Of a DNA stretch of 24,000 nucleotides, positions 1 through 8,039 are shown one piece after another; the first letter of the stretch is position 1, and each line of letters starts with the position of its first letter. Where the stretch lies: contig JAFGLF010000086.1 in NCBI GenBank assembly GCA_016928195.1, forward strand, positions 1-24,000. Reading direction: 5' to 3'. The position numbers were made by a program, and so were the translations under genes. Under the pieces are notes generated by a model that ran no database searches, was not told where the DNA came from, and worked only from the letters and a program-made list of their open reading frames with translations. The DNA is from Elusimicrobiota bacterium (GTDB lineage Bacteria; Elusimicrobiota; UBA8919).

Positions 1-1341
1 ATGAGTTGAATCGACATTATGCGGTACAGGATTGTAGAGTTTATAATAAAAAAAACCTGTCCAGCACATATAAGAAAATCCTGCTTCGGGATTTTCTGCG
101 ATATAAAGTTGTCCCCATCCCGGAATAATCAGAGACCTCAAAAAAGCACCCTCGGGTGATTTTATTTTCCAATGGTCTTTATTATTTCTTTTTTCTGTAT
201 AAAAATATACTCCGGCAGCACCTGAAATATAATAGTTTATACATGAGAAATCCAAAAAGTCTTTTGTAAAGGATACTTGCGGGTCAGTTCTATATTCGTG
301 TAACTGTGTAATACTACAATTAAAACCAATCAATGTCCATGCAGTAACAAAATCTATAATTCCTTTTACCGGTCTGTCTGTATAAAACTGTCCTAAGCCG
401 GGAAAAATCAATGAATATTTCATGGCTGCTACCGGGTCTGTTTCAATCCACTCATCCCGTTTAAAACTTACTATTTCCCGGTCGGAATATGCTTTTTTTT
501 CAGAACCATTTTTTCTTCCAAGATTTTCTACGATTTCAGATTTTTTTGCACCCCCCGGTTTTTTTATAATCCCGGATTTTTTTATGACTTCCGATTTTTT
601 TACAATCCAGGGTTTTTTTTGAATATCAGATTTTTTCAAAAATGTTTTTTTTCTGATTTTCTCCATAACCTTTTTTCTTTCAGGTTTTTTTACGAAGTTT
701 TTAGTCCCTATTATTTTCTCAAAATTTAATTCGAGAGATTTTGCGTTTATAACGTCAGTGTATGTTCCGCCGGAAGTAGAGGTAATTTCCGCTAAAGATT
801 CATTGTCGTCCTCATCTACATCAAAACCGATAATATTAACTACGACATTTATACCTTCCCTCTGCAGACGCTTTACCGCTTTTACAGGATCGCCCCCGCA
901 GGTTTCTTTACCGTCGGTAATAAGTATAATCATTTTATCTTCGGAGAAAGGAAAATCATAGCCTGCCATAAGTATCGAATGTGCAATCGGACTATATCCT
1001 TTTGGAGTTATTTCGCCTAAAGTTTCCTCAAAGTTCCGAAGATTTACCTCCCTGATAGGAACAAGAAGGCGGGAATCCTTTCCAGCGTCCATTTCTCTTT
1101 CTTCTCCAAAAGTTCTTAGTCCGATTTTAAGATATCCGGTTGATTGAGGCGATAGTAATGAGAGCATTTTTGATATCACTTCTTTAGCGATATCGATTTT
1201 TTTTTCGCCTTCGATTTCATTATTCATACTTTCGGAAGCGTCAAGAATAATTTCGATGTTTTTAATTTTGTTATAGGGAAAAACAAGGCAGGGGAAACAA
1301 AACAGGACTGTGAAAATGATTATAGGTATTTTCTTGTTCAC
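1..1341 (-). CDS. von Willebrand factor A (vWA) domain protein with a Lys-rich hexapeptide-repeat linker and C-terminal PG(L/W)GQ(F/L)Y membrane repeats; the 3' end runs off the window
   Basis: Absent from the supplied ORF track. My translation of the minus strand from GTG (1341-1339) stays open for 447 codons to position 1. There is an in-frame TGA three codons upstream of the GTG. Sequence landmarks: VNKKIPIIIFTVLFCFPCLVF (signal-like), ILDASESM (DxSxS MIDAS), KGYSPIAHSI, LITDGKETCGGDP (vWA motifs), IVKKSEVIKKSGIIKKPGGAKKSEI, FPGLGQFY and IPGWGQLY. Confidence 0.8.
   Translation of the reverse strand, partial: MNKKIPIIIFTVLFCFPCLVFPYNKIKNIEIILDASESMNNEIEGEKKIDIAKEVISKMLSLLSPQSTGYLKIGLRTFGEEREMDAGKDSRLLVPIREVNLRNFEETLGEITPKGYSPIAHSILMAGYDFPFSEDKMIILITDGKETCGGDPVKAVKRLQREGINVVVNIIGFDVDEDDNESLAEITSTSGGTYTDVINAKSLELNFEKIIGTKNFVKKPERKKVMEKIRKKTFLKKSDIQKKPWIVKKSEVIKKSGIIKKPGGAKKSEIVENLGRKNGSEKKAYSDREIVSFKRDEWIETDPVAAMKYSLIFPGLGQFYTDRPVKGIIDFVTAWTLIGFNCSITQLHEYRTDPQVSFTKDFLDFSCINYYISGAAGVYFYTEKRNNKDHWKIKSPEGAFLRSLIIPGWGQLYIAENPEAGFSYMCWTGFFYYKLYNPVPHNVDSTH
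517..639 (-). repeat. imperfect 18-nt (hexapeptide [IV][IV]KK[SP]x) tandem repeat inside the vWA gene
   Basis: Translation reads LKKSDIQKKPW IVKKSE VIKKSG IIKKPG GAKKSE IVENLG. At DNA level these are serial T7-T8 runs separated by CCGG/CCGA-type islands. Confidence 0.6.
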
Positions 1342-1353
1342 TATATATCAGAT

Positions 1354-1986
1354 TTATTCATTGATTATTTTTTTACTGACGTTCTGTGAGTATATGTATC
1401 CGTATTTTCCTGCTTTTGTAAAGTCGGTTCTTGCCTTATCGAATTGCTTTTTTTTATAATATGTAATTCCGCGGTTATGATATGCATTTGCATATCCCGG
1501 CTTTAACATAATTGCTTTACTGTAATCGTTAATAGCTTTGTCATATAACTTTATATCATCATAGGCAATCCCGCGGTTGTTGTATGCACCTGCAAAATCC
1601 GGTTTTAATTCAATTGCTGCAGTATAGTCGTCTATAGATTCCTTATACATCAGTTTATAGTAATATATATTTCCCCGCTGGACATATGCTTTTACATATT
1701 TCGGGTTTAAAGCTATTGCTTTTGTAAAGTCACTGATTGCATCATCATACAGATTGCTGGAAATATATGCTAAACCGCGGTTATAATATGTTTCTACACG
1801 TTTTTCGGTTCCGACAGAATCCTTATATAGTTTAATTGCTTCTGTATAACATTCTATCTTTACAAGAGGGCTGTTGGAATTAACGGCTTTTTTGAACCAG
1901 TAATCGAAATTATCATCCTTCAAACTGGGAAGAAGAAGATTTAATCCCACAACTGTTCCGACAAAAAGAATACCTAATAGATTCAT
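1354..1986 (-). CDS. membrane-anchored tetratricopeptide (TPR) repeat protein (BatC-like in architecture)
   Basis: Track ORF of 210 aa. N-terminal hydrophobic helix MNLLGILFVGTVVGLNLLL, then serial 34-aa TPR signatures (YYNRGLAY, AYVQRGNIYY, AYNNRGIAY, AYHNRGITYY). The stop lies 12 nt upstream of the vWA GTG start. Confidence 0.8.
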   Translation of the reverse strand: MNLLGILFVGTVVGLNLLLPSLKDDNFDYWFKKAVNSNSPLVKIECYTEAIKLYKDSVGTEKRVETYYNRGLAYISSNLYDDAISDFTKAIALNPKYVKAYVQRGNIYYYKLMYKESIDDYTAAIELKPDFAGAYNNRGIAYDDIKLYDKAINDYSKAIMLKPGYANAYHNRGITYYKKKQFDKARTDFTKAGKYGYIYSQNVSKKIINE

Positions 1987-2003
1987 AGAATCAAATACAA
2001 AAT

Positions 2004-2738
2004 CTATTTGTTAAAATCTTCCAGTGCTTTAAATAAATCATCTTCAATTCCAATTTCCGGTGTTTTTTCAGGAGCAGGAGCAGCTTTCTTGGAGGGTTCT
2101 TTTTTTTCTACCGGTTTCTTATTCTCAAGAGTTTTTTTATGTTTTACTTGTTGTTTGTATTGTGATTGGGTTATTTTATTAAGAGTTATGGTGGGCGGAA
2201 GTTTGCCCTCGTTCAGAGCAACAATTCCACCTGCGTTTCCGTTATAATAAATCCTGAAAGGCGCATCTTTAATTGTAGGTTGATAGGACATCCCCTTAAC
2301 CTCAAGTTCGGTTTCCCACTTTGGATGAATTATTAATTTTCCGTTTGCATCGGCAATACCTTTAACAATCGGAATTTTGAATCTGACTTTGTAAATCCCG
2401 TTAATATCGGTTACCGCATTTTCAAAGCCGATACCGTCTACTATTATTTGAATATTTTCCAACGGGACCCCTTTTTCATCAACAATCTCACCTTTCAGAA
2501 AGCCAAGCAGCCAATCCGTATATCGGTCATTGGATACAATTAAGAACTTTTTTTGGCCTGCAAGTTCTTTTATAATTTTCACATCAACAAGCCGGTCAGG
2601 GTTGAGATTTTCATTAATTATCGTAATTTTACCCCCGGTTGATTTTTTGCCAATCAGGGGAATCCCTGAACAACCTAAAAAGACAGTGAGTAGTAAGCAG
2701 TTAGCAGTGAGCAGTAAAGAATATAAGGGTTTTTTCAT
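2004..2738 (-). CDS. hypothetical lipoprotein
   Basis: Track ORF of 244 aa. Lipobox LTVFLGC followed by SG. Beta-rich middle and a Lys/Pro/Glu-rich tail (KKPVEKKEPSKKAAPAPEKTPE). No family recognised from the sequence. Confidence 0.6.
   Translation of the reverse strand: MKKPLYSLLLTANCLLLTVFLGCSGIPLIGKKSTGGKITIINENLNPDRLVDVKIIKELAGQKKFLIVSNDRYTDWLLGFLKGEIVDEKGVPLENIQIIVDGIGFENAVTDINGIYKVRFKIPIVKGIADANGKLIIHPKWETELEVKGMSYQPTIKDAPFRIYYNGNAGGIVALNEGKLPPTITLNKITQSQYKQQVKHKKTLENKKPVEKKEPSKKAAPAPEKTPEIGIEDDLFKALEDFNK
2684..2718 (-). repeat. five imperfect tandem heptanucleotides in the signal-peptide coding region of a lipoprotein gene
   Basis: The plus strand reads CAGTGAG TAGTAAG CAGTTAG CAGTGAG CAGTAAA. 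This encodes LLLTANC/LLLTV. Confidence 0.7.
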
Positions 2739-2739
2739 A

Positions 2740-3306
2740 TTACTCCCTTTGTTTTTTTAATATGATTTTTTCCAGTTCTTTTTTCTTCTTTTTTGCCCAT
2801 CTGTTTTCAGGGAATTGTTCATCCAATAATTGGTTTATTTTTTTTACGGCACCCGGTCTTTGAGGATGAGTATAATATTCTTCGATAATTCTCTGGCAGA
2901 CCCTTATTGCTTCTTTAAATTTTGAAAGCTGTTCATGGATTTTCGCAGATTCTTCAAGTGCCCATGAAGCATACTGACTTTTAGGATATTCATTTGCAAG
3001 TTCTTCATATGCCTCAGCTGCTTCATTCCATTGGTTCATTCTGACAAATGCTTCCGATATCTTTTTCTGTGCCTCATCTCCATAATAAACATCGCCGAAT
3101 TGGTCGATGTAATACTGGTATTCGGCAATTGCTTCGTTGTACTTACCGTCATAATAATATTTCTCGGCTCTCTGGAACTGCTGAACTGCAGCCTGGTTCC
3201 CCCAGTAATCACCGGCTCTTACCGCCCTTTTTTGCCATAAACAACCGACAAGAAAGACAGCTAACAAGTTACAAGTTACAAGTGCCAAGTTAAGGAATTT
3301 TTTCAT
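2740..3306 (-). CDS. TPR-like lipoprotein (YbgF/BamD-like helical repeat protein)
   Basis: Track ORF of 188 aa. Lipobox AVFLVGC. Helical-repeat signatures (YYYDGKYNEAIAEYQYYI, MNQWNEAAEAYEELANEYP, QLSKFKEAIRVCQRIIEEY). Its start codon overlaps the ppdK stop as ATGA (3303-3306). Confidence 0.65.
   Translation of the reverse strand: MKKFLNLALVTCNLLAVFLVGCLWQKRAVRAGDYWGNQAAVQQFQRAEKYYYDGKYNEAIAEYQYYIDQFGDVYYGDEAQKKISEAFVRMNQWNEAAEAYEELANEYPKSQYASWALEESAKIHEQLSKFKEAIRVCQRIIEEYYTHPQRPGAVKKINQLLDEQFPENRWAKKKKKELEKIILKKQRE
3264..3291 (-). repeat. four imperfect tandem heptanucleotides in the signal-peptide coding region of the TPR-like lipoprotein gene
   Basis: The plus strand reads ACAAGTT ACAAGTT ACAAGTG CCAAGTT. 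This encodes LNLALVTCNLL. Confidence 0.7.
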
Positions 3307-6038
3307 TTTTTCTTTTTTCCCTCCACAACTGCCTGAGCGGCAGCAAGTTTTGCTATAGGAACTCTAAAAGGTGAGCATGATACGTAATTCATTCCCACAT
3401 TATGGCAGAATTTCACCGAACTCGGTTCACCACCATGTTCGCCGCAGATTCCGATTTCCAGATTTTTCTTTGTCTTTCTGCCGCGTTCAATTCCGATTTT
3501 TATCAATTCTCCTATGCCTTCAAAATCAATTACTGCAAAGGGATCACCTGGAAGGATATTTTTTTTGAGATAATCCGGCATAAATCCGCCTATATCATCA
3601 CGTGAAAAACCAAATCCCATTTGTGTGAGATCATTTGTTCCAAAAGAGAAGAATTCGGAAATTTCCGCAATCCTCCCGGCTGTCAGGGCCGCTCTTGGAA
3701 TTTCAATCATGGTTCCGAAAAGATATGGGATCTTTTTAATACCAAAAGCAGAAACAACCTCTTTATATATTTGTGTTACAATTTGTTTCTGATTATCCAG
3801 CTCTTTGACTGAGGAAACAACGGGTATCATTATTTCGGGAAATGCTTTATCGCCGTTCTTTATAAGTTCTGCCGCTGCCTCGAAAATTGCACGAACCTGC
3901 ATTTTTACAACCTCAGGGTATGTTATTCCCAGCCGGACACCACGATGCCCCATCATGGGATTTGATTCATGCAGAGCATCTGAACGTTTTTTGAATTCTT
4001 CGGCATCTATACCGAGACTTTTTGCAAGTTTTTTGCATTCATCCTCTCTTTTAGGCACAAATTCATGCAGAGGCGGATCCAGAAGCCGTATAACAACCGG
4101 CCTGCCTTCCATTGCTGCCAGAGTTCCTTTGATATCATTTTTCACAAAAGGAAACAACTCATCCAACGCGTTTTTTCTCTCGTCTTCAGTTTTTGATATA
4201 ATCATTTTACGGAGTTTAAAAAGAGGCTCTTCGGCATTTTTTCCGTAAAACATATGTTCGGTTCTGAACAACCCAATACCCTCGGCACCGAAGTTCCTGG
4301 CTTTTTCGGCATCTTCGGGTGTATCGGCATTTGTTCTTACGCCGAGTTTTTTTATTGCTGAACAGATTTTCATAAATTCAACAAAGTAAGGATTCTCCTC
4401 GGCAGCTTTTACCATCGGGAGTTGGCCCTGATATACAGTACCTTTGGAACCGTTTAATGACAGCCATTCACCCTCTTTTAATATCTTATCCCCGACTTTT
4501 AAAGTCTTTTCTCTGTAATCAATATTGAGTTCTCCTGCACCTACAATGCAGCATTTACCCCAGCCGCGTGCCACTAACGCTGCATGCGAGGTCATTCCGC
4601 CTCTCGCGGTAAGAATAGCATTGGCTGCACGCATACCTTCAACATCCTCAGGATTGGTTTCTTCGCGGACAAGTATGGTATCTTTTCCCTGTTTTTTCCA
4701 TTCAACTGCATCAGTTGCGGTAAAAACAATCATACCGGTTGCACCGCCCGGCCCTGCGGGAAGACCCTTAACCAGCGGACTGGAACTTTTTTCAGAAGCA
4801 GGGTCTATAATAGGATGCAGTAGTTCGTCTAACTGTGACGGAGTCACACGTGTTACCGCTTCTTCCTTTTTTATCAGTTTTTCTTTTACCATATCAACTG
4901 CCATTCTGACAGCAGCAGGTCCGTTCCTTTTGCCTACCCTGCATTGAAGCATCCAGAGTTTTCCTTCCTGTATTGTAAATTCTATATCCTGCATATCATG
5001 ATAATGTTTTTCAAGCTTTTTCTGTATTGTATCAAGCTGTTTATATAATTCAGGCATTGATGTTTCCAATGAGAGAAGGTCCTTGGTGTGTTCGGTTTTA
5101 CCTTCTTCGTTTATAGGGTTGGGTGTTCTTATTCCTGCTACCACATCTTCCCCCTGAGCGTTGACAAGCCATTCACCGTAAAACAATTTTTCTCCGGTTG
5201 CGGGATTTCTGGTAAAAGCAACACCGGTAGCTGACGATTCACCCATATTTCCAAAAACCATTGCCTGTACGTTTACGGCTGTGCCCCATTCATGAGGAAT
5301 ATTTTCTATGCGCCGGTAGGATATTGCACGTTTGCCGTTCCATGACTGGAATACCGCACTAATACCGCCCCATAATTGCTGCATCGGGTCTTCAGGAAAT
5401 TCCTTTCCCAAAACTTCTTTAACTTTGTTTTTGTATATTTCAATAAGTTCTTTTAAATCATCTGATGTCAGTTCGGTATCCAGCTTTACACCTTTTTTTT
5501 CTTTCATATTGTGAAGTTCTTTTTCCAGCTGTTGACGAATACCTTTTCCTTCTGCAGGCTCGATTCCTGCCGCCTTTTCCATGACTACATCGGAATACAT
5601 CTGTATCAGCCTGCGCTGTGCATCATATACAAACCTAGGATTGTTTGTTTTTTTGATCAATGCTTCCCGGGTTTTGTTATTAAGACCGATATTCAGTACC
5701 GTTTCCATCATTCCCGGCATGGATTTTCTGGCACCGCTTCTTACCGATACAAGAAGAGGATTTTCCATGTCCCCGAATTTATATCCCATGACTTTTTCTA
5801 CTTTTTTAAGAGCAGTTTCTACCTGTCCGCCGCGGCGGATTAATTCTTTCGGATATTTCCTCTTATTTTTGTAATAATGCGTACATACTTCCGTAGTAAT
5901 CGTAAAACCGGCAGGCACCGGGAGCCCGATCTTTACCATCTGTGCAAGATTGGCGCCTTTTCCGCCCAAAAGATTTTTCATCTTTTCATTTCCGTCTGCA
6001 TGTCCCTTACCAAAAAAATACACGTACCTCTTTGCCAT
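3303..6038 (-). CDS. ppdK: pyruvate, phosphate dikinase
   Basis: Track ORF of 911 aa. Canonical N-terminus MAKRYVYFFGKG..GGKGANLAQM, phospho-histidine motif RGGMTSHAALVARGWGK, and a C-terminal PEP-utilising TIM-barrel motif (FFSFGTNDLTQM). AGGAGG lies upstream of the ATG. Confidence 0.97.
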   Translation of the reverse strand: MAKRYVYFFGKGHADGNEKMKNLLGGKGANLAQMVKIGLPVPAGFTITTEVCTHYYKNKRKYPKELIRRGGQVETALKKVEKVMGYKFGDMENPLLVSVRSGARKSMPGMMETVLNIGLNNKTREALIKKTNNPRFVYDAQRRLIQMYSDVVMEKAAGIEPAEGKGIRQQLEKELHNMKEKKGVKLDTELTSDDLKELIEIYKNKVKEVLGKEFPEDPMQQLWGGISAVFQSWNGKRAISYRRIENIPHEWGTAVNVQAMVFGNMGESSATGVAFTRNPATGEKLFYGEWLVNAQGEDVVAGIRTPNPINEEGKTEHTKDLLSLETSMPELYKQLDTIQKKLEKHYHDMQDIEFTIQEGKLWMLQCRVGKRNGPAAVRMAVDMVKEKLIKKEEAVTRVTPSQLDELLHPIIDPASEKSSSPLVKGLPAGPGGATGMIVFTATDAVEWKKQGKDTILVREETNPEDVEGMRAANAILTARGGMTSHAALVARGWGKCCIVGAGELNIDYREKTLKVGDKILKEGEWLSLNGSKGTVYQGQLPMVKAAEENPYFVEFMKICSAIKKLGVRTNADTPEDAEKARNFGAEGIGLFRTEHMFYGKNAEEPLFKLRKMIISKTEDERKNALDELFPFVKNDIKGTLAAMEGRPVVIRLLDPPLHEFVPKREDECKKLAKSLGIDAEEFKKRSDALHESNPMMGHRGVRLGITYPEVVKMQVRAIFEAAAELIKNGDKAFPEIMIPVVSSVKELDNQKQIVTQIYKEVVSAFGIKKIPYLFGTMIEIPRAALTAGRIAEISEFFSFGTNDLTQMGFGFSRDDIGGFMPDYLKKNILPGDPFAVIDFEGIGELIKIGIERGRKTKKNLEIGICGEHGGEPSSVKFCHNVGMNYVSCSPFRVPIAKLAAAQAVVEGKKKK

Positions 6039-6060
6039 CTAAGTAGCCTCCTCTTGTCTT

Positions 6061-6693
6061 TTATGAACCCATCTTTATCAAAAAAACTACACGCCTGTTT
6101 AATCTTCTGTTTTCTTCCGTATCATTTTCTGCAATAGGTTTATGTTCTCCGTAACCGATTGCCGCTATTCTTGCTTCCGGAAGGTTATGTTTTTGTGTAA
6201 GATATTTTACGACGGTCGTCGCTCTTGCGGTTGAGAGCTCCCAGTTGGATGCAAAACGGCTGGTTGCTATCGGAACATTATCCGTATGTCCTTCAACTAT
6301 AAGTGTGTTGCTTTCGATTTTTTCCAGACTCTTTTTCAGCATGGGTGCTATCTTATCAATATATGTCTTCATAGCAGGAAGAAGTTCCGCACTGCCTGAA
6401 ACAAAAAACGGGACTTTCTGCTGTTCTTGAAAAGTAATCTTTAGTCCGTCTTTTGTCATTTCCGAGCCGCCTGCAATGTTCTCTTGTGCCATTGCTTCTT
6501 TTACTGCTTTTGCAGTTTCCTGCATCGTTCCTGAAAAAGCTACGGACAGTGCATACATCATTATGAAAAATGCGCAGAGTTCCGTCATCAGGTCGGCATA
6601 ATTGACAAGCCATGGCGGTGCTGCATGGCCGACCTGTGATACCCTGGGGTCATTTTCAGAGATAAATCCTCTCGGCGGTTTAAGAATAGACAT
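6061..6693 (-). CDS. motB: flagellar motor stator protein MotB (OmpA-like C-terminal domain)
   Basis: Track ORF of 210 aa. The plug/TM segment WLVNYADLMTELCAFFIMMYAL contains the conserved Asp. OmpA-family peptidoglycan-binding motifs are present (NWELSTARA, NRRLNRRVV). It lies directly downstream of motA. Confidence 0.85.
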   Translation of the reverse strand: MSILKPPRGFISENDPRVSQVGHAAPPWLVNYADLMTELCAFFIMMYALSVAFSGTMQETAKAVKEAMAQENIAGGSEMTKDGLKITFQEQQKVPFFVSGSAELLPAMKTYIDKIAPMLKKSLEKIESNTLIVEGHTDNVPIATSRFASNWELSTARATTVVKYLTQKHNLPEARIAAIGYGEHKPIAENDTEENRRLNRRVVFLIKMGS

Positions 6694-6705
6694 AATTTGA
6701 TAAAT

Positions 6706-6801
6706 GATTACACTGATTTCTAAAGACGATTACACAGATTTAAGGGCGTCTCGCCAGCTATTGAATTAATCTGTGTAATCTGCAGTTTAATCTGTGTAAT
6801 C
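6706..6801. repeat. intercistronic inverted word-array element (motA|motB spacer), GATTACACAGATT type
   Basis: GATTACACTGATT 6706-6718 and GATTACACAGATT 6728-6740 are followed by a 27-nt loop containing GGCGtctCGCC (6745-6755). Then come AATCTGTGTAATC 6768-6780 and 6789-6801. The inner stem is 13/13 bp and the outer 12/13. GATT starts at 6706, 6715, 6728 and 6737; AATC starts at 6768, 6777, 6789 and 6798. Confidence 0.85.
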
Positions 6802-6805
6802 ATGT

Positions 6806-7591
6806 TCATGCGGCTGTTGATTTTATAGCAAGCCGCTGTGTCGGTTCCAGATATGCCTTTAAGTTTGATTCCATTATTATAGGGCTCACACCGGATTGTA
6901 AAAGCAGAACCCCGCGAATAATGATTTCTTTTATTAAAAGCTCTTCTTCGCTTCTGCGTCTTAATTTTCCTGCCATAGGATAAAACAAAAGATACCCTGC
7001 GGAAAGACCGTAGAATGCCGCAGAAAGTGCCAGTGCCATTCTTGCAGGTACTTTTGACGGATCGTCAACACTGCTCAAAAGAAGAATCATTCCGAGAACC
7101 GTTCCGATGATTCCGAATGCAGGCGCATAAGTTCCGAGTGAATTGAAAATTTCCTGACCGACTTTATGTCTTTCCCTGATAAACCCGATTTCTGTCTCTA
7201 ACATGTTTCTTATAAATTCAGAATCATAACCGTCTATTACAAGCTGGGTACCTCTTCTCATAAAATCGTTCTTTACAGCTTTTACATCGGTTTCCAGCGA
7301 AAGAATTCCTTCTGTCCTTGCTTTTTTTGTAAAATCAACAAAAGTACTGACGATTTCGGTTGTGTCCTCATCGGTTGTTGTAAACAGCACTTTTCTTAAA
7401 ACCTTTCTTGTACCGAATACCTGACCTAGCGGATAATTGACAAGAAGCGCACAGAAGGTTCCGCCGATTACTACCAGAAAACCTTCCATGCTGATAAAAA
7501 GCTGTAGTGCGGCAAAACCCTGCTGATGTACGATTGCCGCAATAGCTAATCCTAAAAATACAATTATACCTGTAATTGTCGCTATATCCAT
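6806..7591 (-). CDS. motA: flagellar motor stator protein MotA (MotA/TolQ/ExbB proton channel family)
   Basis: Track ORF of 261 aa. It has a four-TM layout with a large cytoplasmic loop and a C-terminal channel region (GTYAPAFGIIGTVLGMI, ALSAAFYG). It sits in flbD-motA-motB context. Confidence 0.85.
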   Translation of the reverse strand: MDIATITGIIVFLGLAIAAIVHQQGFAALQLFISMEGFLVVIGGTFCALLVNYPLGQVFGTRKVLRKVLFTTTDEDTTEIVSTFVDFTKKARTEGILSLETDVKAVKNDFMRRGTQLVIDGYDSEFIRNMLETEIGFIRERHKVGQEIFNSLGTYAPAFGIIGTVLGMILLLSSVDDPSKVPARMALALSAAFYGLSAGYLLFYPMAGKLRRRSEEELLIKEIIIRGVLLLQSGVSPIIMESNLKAYLEPTQRLAIKSTAA

Positions 7592-7597
7592 ATTCTA

Positions 7598-7715
7598 CCT
7601 CGCTACGCTCGGAAACGCTAATTCCCCTGCCACTAAACCTTGGCGGGCGGGCGCGAATCTAACGCTGATATTCGCGAATATTCGCGTTCTGTATTTTATT
7701 CGTGTGTATTCGCGT
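7598..7715. repeat. intercistronic word-array element (flbD|motA spacer), CGCGAAT type, with a GC-rich hairpin module
   Basis: Modules in order: CCTCGCTACGCTC 7598-7610, GC-rich hairpin about 7624-7651, CGCGAAT 7652-7658 and AATCTAACGC 7656-7665. Then ATTCGCG at 7670 and 7680, ATTCGTG at 7698 and ATTCGCG at 7708. The last two words lie inside the flbD 3' codons. Confidence 0.8.
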
Positions 7716-7902
7716 TGTGTTTAGAATAAATTCTTTTTTTAAATTCGACTATTCTGTTTACTACCTCATCCGGGCTTTCCTTAACAATTATCTGCGAATC
7801 TGTAGTTAAGATAATAGTCGTGTTGGGATGACACGCCATATTATCGATTAAGTCAGGATTTATATACAGTTCTTCACCGTTCAATTTTGTTAGTTTAATC
7901 AT
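7696..7902 (-). CDS. flbD: flagellar protein FlbD
   Basis: Track ORF of 68 aa. MIKLTKLNGEELYINPDLIDNM....TIILTTDSQIIVKESPDEVVNRIVEFKKRI matches my memory of the FlbD family pattern, and the gene lies upstream of motAB. The last eight codons (KHNANTHE) are encoded by repeat words (see findings). Confidence 0.75.
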   Translation of the reverse strand: MIKLTKLNGEELYINPDLIDNMACHPNTTIILTTDSQIIVKESPDEVVNRIVEFKKRIYSKHNANTHE

Positions 7903-7908
7903 TAAATA

Positions 7909-7954
7909 TACGAATGTACACGAATAATCAAAAAATCACGAATGAAACACGAAT
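7909..7954. repeat. four direct (C)ACGAAT words in the flbD 5' UTR, complementary to the ATTCGYG array downstream of flbD
   Basis: TACGAAT 7909-7915, then CACGAAT at 7919-7925, 7937-7943 and 7948-7954. Spacing is 10, 18, 11, compared with 10, 18, 10 for the ATTCGYG words at 7670-7714. Confidence 0.8.
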
Positions 7955-7978
7955 GGAGTCTATGTGCTTATCAGAATA

Positions 7979-8006
7979 ATTATAACATTTTTAGCCGACT
8001 TGTCAA
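7979..8006 (-). promoter_or_regulatory. near-consensus sigma-70-type promoter upstream of flbD-motAB
   Basis: The minus strand reads TTGACA (8006-8001), a 16-nt spacer ending in TGT, then TATAAT (7984-7979). This is an extended -10 (TGnTATAAT). Confidence 0.65.
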
Positions 8007-8039
8007 CCCCGTATAAATCTTTTTAAGATTCTTCGGGGT
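8006..8039. other. nested hairpin abutting the -35 box
   Basis: ACCCCG 8006-8011 pairs with CGGGGT 8034-8039. This encloses AATCTT 8016-8021 / AAGATT 8025-8030 with a TTT loop. GTCAACCCC is repeated directly at 8002-8010 and 8038-8046. Confidence 0.6.

Noticed and set aside
493-655. T7-T8 homopolymer tracts in the vWA gene as phase-variation switches
   Set aside because: They are AAA/AAG lysine codon runs of a KK-rich linker in an AT-rich genome. Similar runs occur in many other genes here. I see no evidence for length variation.
3805-4947. Plus-strand ORFs in the supplied track (for example 3805-4248, 4525-4947, 8366-8794, 14501-15100, 18789-19220, 422-622, 758-961)
   Set aside because: Every one lies antisense to a long, confidently identified minus-strand gene. 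They translate to low-complexity Ser/Phe/Ile-rich strings with no recognisable motif. These are shadow ORFs typical of AT-rich DNA.
6356-6613. Minus-strand ORFs nested in another frame (6356-6613, 8577-8792, 11556-11738, 23190-23441)
   Set aside because: They lie wholly inside motB, rlmB, ispD and the SIMPL gene respectively, in a different frame. They have no motifs and no ribosome-binding site.
6706-6801. Word-array hairpins as ordinary Rho-independent terminators
   Set aside because: Most are not followed by a U tract in the mRNA sense. Several abut the next gene's ribosome-binding region or start codon (for example radA, mlaE) with no room for a new promoter. Simple termination would therefore silence essential downstream genes.
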